Notes under the pieces: model-generated
Database searches by the model: none
What the model saw: only the letters and a program-made list of their open reading frames with translations
Told to the model about the DNA's origin: nothing
Shown: piece after piece, positions 59,247 through 64,000 of the stretch
How positions within the stretch are numbered: position 1 is the stretch's first letter
Layout: each line of letters begins with the position of its first letter
Translations under genes and position numbers: made by a program
Assembly (NCBI GenBank): GCA_902515775.1
Contig: CABXVU010000002.1
Span: 72,436-136,435 of the forward strand
DNA length: 64,000 bases
Source of the DNA: an uncultured SAR86 cluster bacterium
GTDB lineage: Bacteria; Pseudomonadota; Gammaproteobacteria; Magnimaribacterales; D2472
Direction of reading: 5' to 3'

Positions 59247-61340
59247 ATGGCAAGACAGACTGAACTTAGTAAGTACAGAAACATCGGTATTTGCGCTCAT
59301 GTTGATGCAGGCAAAACCACAACTACAGAGAGAGTCCTTTTTTATACTGGATTGTCACATAAAATTGGTGAAGTTCATGATGGAGCTGCAACCATGGATT
59401 GGATGGAGCAGGAGCAAGAAAGAGGTATTACGATTACCTCTGCTGCTACTACCTGCTTTTGGTCTGGAATGGAGCAACAATTCCCGCAACATAGAATTAA
59501 TATTATCGATACCCCCGGTCACGTAGATTTTACTATTGAAGTTGAAAGATCTTTAAGAGTTTTAGATGGGGCTGTAGTTGTATTTTGTGGCACTTCTGGT
59601 GTTGAGCCGCAATCAGAAACAGTTTGGCGTCAAGCAGATAGATATGAGGTTCCGAGAATCGTTTTTGTCAATAAAATGGATAGAGCTGGAGCAGATTTTT
59701 CCAGAGTAACTGGTCAAATTAGAGATAGATTAAAAGCAAATGTTGTTCCTATGCAATATAACATTGGTGCTGAGGATGATTTTAAGGGAGTGGTTGATTT
59801 AGTTAAAATGAAAGCAATTTTTTGGAATGAAGATGATCAGGGACTCACTTTTGAAGAGCAAGATATTCCAACAAATATTTTAAGTACATGTGAATCATTA
59901 AGAGAGTCTATGGTTGAAAGTGCAGCCGAAGCAAATGAAGAATTAATGAATGCATACATAGAAAAGGGTGAGTTAACAGTTGAGCAAATAAAAGAAGGTA
60001 TTAGAATCAGGGCCCTTGCCAATGAAATAGTACCTGCCTTTTGCGGATCAGCTTTTAAAAACAAAGGAGTTCAAGCAGTTTTAGATGCGGCAATTGAATA
60101 TTTACCTGCTCCAAATGAGGTAAAAGCCATCAAAGGATCATTGCCAGAAGATGAAGAGGTTGAAATAAGCAGATCATCATCCGATGAGGAGCCTTTTTCC
60201 GCATTGGCTTTCAAAATTGCTACCGATCCATTTGTTGGAACTTTAACATTTATAAGAGTTTACTCTGGCGTACTTTCTGTCGGTGACGGAGTTATGAATT
60301 CTACTAAGACAAAGAAAGAAAGGGTCGGACGAATGGTTCAAATGCATTCAAATGATCGCAATGAAATTAAAGAGATACGTGCTGGTGATATTGCTGCATG
60401 CATTGGGCTTAAAGACGTAACTACTGGGGATACATTGTGTGATTTGGGCGATCAGGTTGTTCTAGAGAGAATGGATTTTCCCGAACCTGTAATCTCAGTA
60501 GCTGTTGAGCCTAAAACAAAATCAGATCAAGAAAAGATGGGTGTTGCTCTCGGTAAACTTGCTCAAGAAGATCCATCATTTAGAGTTCATACAGATGAAG
60601 AGTCTGCCCAAACAATTATTTCTGGTATGGGTGAGCTTCATTTGGATGTTTTAGTTGACAGAATGAGAAGAGAGTTTGATGTGGAAGCAAATATTGGTAA
60701 GCCTCAGGTTTCCTATCGAGAAACTATAAGGGAATCAGTCGATATAGAGGGAAAATTCGTCAGGCAAAGTGGAGGTAAGGGTCAATATGGCCATGTATGG
60801 TTAAAATTAGAGCCACTAGGATTAGATGATGAATACGAATTTGTAGATAAGATTGTCGGAGGTGTTGTACCTAAAGAATACATTCCTGCTGTTGATAAGG
60901 GTATTCAAGAGCAGATGAAAAATGGAGTCATAGCTGGTTACCCTCTTCTTGCACTCAGAGCAACTTTATACGATGGATCATTTCACGATGTCGATTCAAG
61001 CGAGATGGCATTTAAAATTGCAGGATCTATGGCTTTAAAAGAAGGTTGCTTAAAAGCAAATCCTGTTCTATTAGAGCCGATGATGGCTGTTGAAGTTGTT
61101 ACTCCAGAAGAGCATATGGGTGATGTGGTAGGCGATTTAAACAGAAGAAGAGGTATTATTTTAGGAATGGATGAAATACCTACAGGTAAAACCGTTAGGT
61201 CCGAGGTACCTTTATCTGAGATGTTTGGTTATGCAACCGATTTGAGGTCTGCAACCCAAGGTAGAGCGAGTTTTTCTATGGAATTCCTAAAATATGCAGA
61301 AGTTCCAAACAACATAGCTGAACAGTTAAAAACTTCTTAA
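59247..61340 (+). CDS. fusA: Elongation factor G
   Basis: [34 protein letters not shown]. Confidence 0.99.
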   Translation: MARQTELSKYRNIGICAHVDAGKTTTTERVLFYTGLSHKIGEVHDGAATMDWMEQEQERGITITSAATTCFWSGMEQQFPQHRINIIDTPGHVDFTIEVERSLRVLDGAVVVFCGTSGVEPQSETVWRQADRYEVPRIVFVNKMDRAGADFSRVTGQIRDRLKANVVPMQYNIGAEDDFKGVVDLVKMKAIFWNEDDQGLTFEEQDIPTNILSTCESLRESMVESAAEANEELMNAYIEKGELTVEQIKEGIRIRALANEIVPAFCGSAFKNKGVQAVLDAAIEYLPAPNEVKAIKGSLPEDEEVEISRSSSDEEPFSALAFKIATDPFVGTLTFIRVYSGVLSVGDGVMNSTKTKKERVGRMVQMHSNDRNEIKEIRAGDIAACIGLKDVTTGDTLCDLGDQVVLERMDFPEPVISVAVEPKTKSDQEKMGVALGKLAQEDPSFRVHTDEESAQTIISGMGELHLDVLVDRMRREFDVEANIGKPQVSYRETIRESVDIEGKFVRQSGGKGQYGHVWLKLEPLGLDDEYEFVDKIVGGVVPKEYIPAVDKGIQEQMKNGVIAGYPLLALRATLYDGSFHDVDSSEMAFKIAGSMALKEGCLKANPVLLEPMMAVEVVTPEEHMGDVVGDLNRRRGIILGMDEIPTGKTVRSEVPLSEMFGYATDLRSATQGRASFSMEFLKYAEVPNNIAEQLKTS

Positions 61341-61370
61341 AACAATAAACTTATAAATCCCCTAAATATG

Positions 61371-61400
61371 TTGACATTAGGGGCTTTAGAGACATAGAAT
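61371..61400 (+). promoter_or_regulatory. S10 operon sigma70 promoter
   Basis: TTGACA-18 bp-TAGAAT; the -35 sits inside a CCCCTAA/TTAGGGG hairpin. Confidence 0.6.
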
Positions 61401-61446
61401 ACGCAACATTTTGTATAAAGCTTAATATTAAAGGGGTAATCAAAAG

Positions 61447-61758
61447 GTGGAAAATCAAGCGATAAGAATTCGATTAAAAGCTTTTGATTATCGTTTAATT
61501 GATTCTTCAACAAAGCTAATTGTTGAGACTGCAAAAAAGACTGGTGCGATTGTGAAAGGACCAATTCCTTTACCAGTTAAGAAAGAAAGAACAACAATCT
61601 TAACGTCTCCGCATAAAGATAAAGATGCAAGAGACCAGTATGAAATTAGAACATATAAGAGACTTATGGATATAGTAGAACCTACAGATAAAACTGTTGA
61701 TGCTTTGATGAAGCTTGACCTTTCATCTGGGGTTGATGTGCAAATTAGCTTAGGCTGA
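61447..61758 (+). CDS. rpsJ: 30S ribosomal protein S10
   Basis: [28 protein letters not shown]; GTG start. Confidence 0.98.
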   Translation: MENQAIRIRLKAFDYRLIDSSTKLIVETAKKTGAIVKGPIPLPVKKERTTILTSPHKDKDARDQYEIRTYKRLMDIVEPTDKTVDALMKLDLSSGVDVQISLG

Positions 61759-61770
61759 TTTGTTGCTTTT

Positions 61771-61810
61771 GTAACGCTTAGCGGCCATAGAGGGTTATAA
61801 GCCCCGTATA
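61771..61810 (+). promoter_or_regulatory. Putative L4-binding 23S rRNA mimic upstream of rplC
   Basis: AACGCTTAGCGGCCATAGAGGGTTATAAGCCCCGTAT resembles 23S positions 26799-26841 of this window. Confidence 0.6.
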
Positions 61811-61823
61811 AAAGGAGATTAAA

Positions 61824-62450
61824 TTGAGCATTGGCTTAGTTGGAAAAAAATCAGGCATGTCGAGACTTTTTCAGGAAGACGGCACCTCAGTTCCAGTAAC
61901 AATCATTTCAGTTGCAGCTAACTTTGTTGCTGATATAAAAACCCATGAAAAACACGGATACAGTGCTGTTGTTGTTTCAAAAAACTCATCCAAAAATTTT
62001 CCTAAATCTTCTACAGAATTTTTCAAGAAACAAAATCTTTCTAATGGAGAATTATTTGAATTTAGAACTGATGAAACTAATGAATTTGCAATCGGTCATC
62101 ACCTTACTGCAGATATATTTGAAGTGGGAAGAATGGTTGATGTAACCGGGACTTCTAAAGGAAAGGGATATGCCGGTGTTATCAAAAGACATAATTTTGC
62201 TATGCAAGATGCAACACACGGTAACTCATTAGCTCATAGAGCCCATGGCTCAATTGGACAATGTCAAACTCCTGGTAGAGTTTGGAAAGGAAAAAAAATG
62301 TCAGGTCACATGGGGCATGAAAGAAAGACGATACAAAGCTTAGAATTAATGGAAGCAGATGTTCAAAACAATTTACTGTATGTTAAAGGAGCAGTACCTG
62401 GATTCAATGGCTCAATACTGAAAATTACTCCTGCGGTAAAGCAAAGATGA
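61824..62450 (+). CDS. rplC: 50S ribosomal protein L3
   Basis: [27 protein letters not shown]; TTG start. Confidence 0.98.
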   Translation: MSIGLVGKKSGMSRLFQEDGTSVPVTIISVAANFVADIKTHEKHGYSAVVVSKNSSKNFPKSSTEFFKKQNLSNGELFEFRTDETNEFAIGHHLTADIFEVGRMVDVTGTSKGKGYAGVIKRHNFAMQDATHGNSLAHRAHGSIGQCQTPGRVWKGKKMSGHMGHERKTIQSLELMEADVQNNLLYVKGAVPGFNGSILKITPAVKQR

Positions 62451-63058
62451 AATTAGATTTACTAAATGCCGAAAATAAAAAGTCCGATCTTCAAATTTCG
62501 GAAACAACTTTTGGTAAAGATTTTAATGAAACACTTGTTCATCAAGCAGTAGTAACTTTTTTAGCAGGTTCTAGACAGGGTTCACATAAGCAAAAGACTA
62601 GATCAGAAGTAAGAGGCGGCGGTAAAAAACCATATCGTCAAAAAGGCACCGGTCGAGCAAGAGCTGGAACAATTCGAAGCCCAATATGGAGGGGAGGTGG
62701 AGTTGCCTTTGCTGCAACATCCAAAGACTATAGTAAAAAAATTAATAAGAAGATGTATAGAGCCGCAATAAGCTCTATATTTTCTGAGCTGCATAGACAA
62801 GACCGCTTGGTAGCTATTGAGCAGCCTAGATTTGAAGAACCTAAAACTAAAGAAATGAGTAGCTTTCTTGAGCAGCTAAGCCTAAAAAATGTTCTCATTA
62901 TTTTAGATGAAATGGATACTAATTTGTATTTATCAGCTCGAAATATTCCCCACGTAGATGTCGTAACTGTCAAAGAAATCAATCCTGTGATTTTGTTAAG
63001 GTCTGAAAAAGTAGCAGTTACTCCAGCTGCATTTAAATTAATTGAGGCTTGGGTCTAA
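62447..63058 (+). CDS. rplD: 50S ribosomal protein L4
   Basis: [23 protein letters not shown]. Confidence 0.98.
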   Translation: MKLDLLNAENKKSDLQISETTFGKDFNETLVHQAVVTFLAGSRQGSHKQKTRSEVRGGGKKPYRQKGTGRARAGTIRSPIWRGGGVAFAATSKDYSKKINKKMYRAAISSIFSELHRQDRLVAIEQPRFEEPKTKEMSSFLEQLSLKNVLIILDEMDTNLYLSARNIPHVDVVTVKEINPVILLRSEKVAVTPAAFKLIEAWV

Positions 63059-63351
63059 TGAATAAAGAAAAATTACTTACATTAATTCATTCCCCATATA
63101 TCACCGAAAAGGCTACATCTTTAGGAGGCTTGAATCAGGTAGTATTTAAAGTTGATTTATCTGCAACAAAATTAGAAATAAAAAAAGCTGTTGAGGATTT
63201 ATTTGATGTAAAGGTAGATAACATAACAACTGCAATCCAAAAAGGAAAAACAAAAAGAAATAGATTTGGGATATATAAAAAATCGGATTACAAAAAAGCC
63301 TATGTTGCTCTGAGAGAAGGTTCTGAAATCCAATTTGAGGGGCTTAGTTAA
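63058..63351 (+). CDS. rplW: 50S ribosomal protein L23
   Basis: [23 protein letters not shown]; ATG overlaps the rplD stop. Confidence 0.96.
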   Translation: MNKEKLLTLIHSPYITEKATSLGGLNQVVFKVDLSATKLEIKKAVEDLFDVKVDNITTAIQKGKTKRNRFGIYKKSDYKKAYVALREGSEIQFEGLS

Positions 63352-63353
63352 TC

Positions 63354-64000
63354 ATGGCAGTTATTAAAGCAAAACCAACTAGTCCTGGAAGAAGAGGCGT
63401 TATTTCTATTAAATCTGATTTATACAAAGGTCGACCATATAAGGCTTTGCTTGAGAAAAAATCAAAAAATGGTGGCAGAAATAATAACGGTAGAATAACT
63501 GTTAGACACCAAGGTGGTGGCCATAAGCAGCACTACAGAGTTATAGATTTCAAACGAGATAAGATAGATGTCCCTGCAGTTGTAGAGAGAATTGAGTATG
63601 ATCCCAATAGATCTGCTCATTTAGCTTTACTTAAGTATGCTGATGGCGAAAGAAGTTACATTATTGCACCCAACAAAATTCAAATTGGAGATCCTGTGAT
63701 TTCAGCAGAGCAAACAGAAATGAAACCAGGTAACTGTATGAAATTAATTAATGTTCCTCTTGGAACAACAATTCATTGCATTGAAATGAAGCCAGGAAAG
63801 GGAGCTCAAATTGCCAGAAGTGCTGGTACATCCGCAAGACTAGTTGCAAAAGAAGGAATCTATGCAACCTTAAGATTGCAATCCGGTGAAATGAGGAAGA
63901 TTCTTTCAGCTTGTAAGGCAACCTTAGGAACTGTTTCCAATCAAGAAAATAATTTACGTTCATTAGGCAAGGCTGGAGCTAAAAGATGGAGAGGTGTTCG
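63354..64000 (+). CDS. rplB: 50S ribosomal protein L2 (3' truncated by window edge; absent from the ORF track)
   Basis: [42 protein letters not shown]. Confidence 0.97.
   Translation, partial: MAVIKAKPTSPGRRGVISIKSDLYKGRPYKALLEKKSKNGGRNNNGRITVRHQGGGHKQHYRVIDFKRDKIDVPAVVERIEYDPNRSAHLALLKYADGERSYIIAPNKIQIGDPVISAEQTEMKPGNCMKLINVPLGTTIHCIEMKPGKGAQIARSAGTSARLVAKEGIYATLRLQSGEMRKILSACKATLGTVSNQENNLRSLGKAGAKRWRGV

Overview
AT-rich, gene-dense core-genome segment of a streamlined gammaproteobacterium. The 16S sequence and gene content look like the marine SAR86 clade; this is recognition by eye, not a database result. Contents in order: esterase, orphan peptide-type ABC ATPase, ilvD-hemB-trxA-rho, hemDC-rsmD, a TetR-controlled RND efflux pair, cupin/TauD/GATase/AGCS symporter/serine hydrolase, bamD-rluD, ilvIHC, one rRNA operon (16S-23S-5S, tRNA-free ITS), coaE-yacG, secA-lpxC-rlmB-short rnr, an accessory block with two TonB-dependent receptors, four tRNAs, tuf, secE-nusG-rplKAJL-rpoBC, rpsLG-fusA and the start of the S10 operon. 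No mobile element, prophage or CRISPR was seen. Three regulatory signals stand out. (1) A His/CxxCH upstream ORF ends in a QAPP arrest-like motif whose Pro-Pro codons are complementary to the Shine-Dalgarno of a His-rich ZnuD-like receptor. (2) An unannotated ~125-nt minus-strand sRNA has a consensus sigma-54 promoter and two anti-(GGGGG-spacer-AUG) motifs. (3) The rpsJ-rplC spacer mimics the L4/L24-binding junction of this genome's own 23S rRNA.
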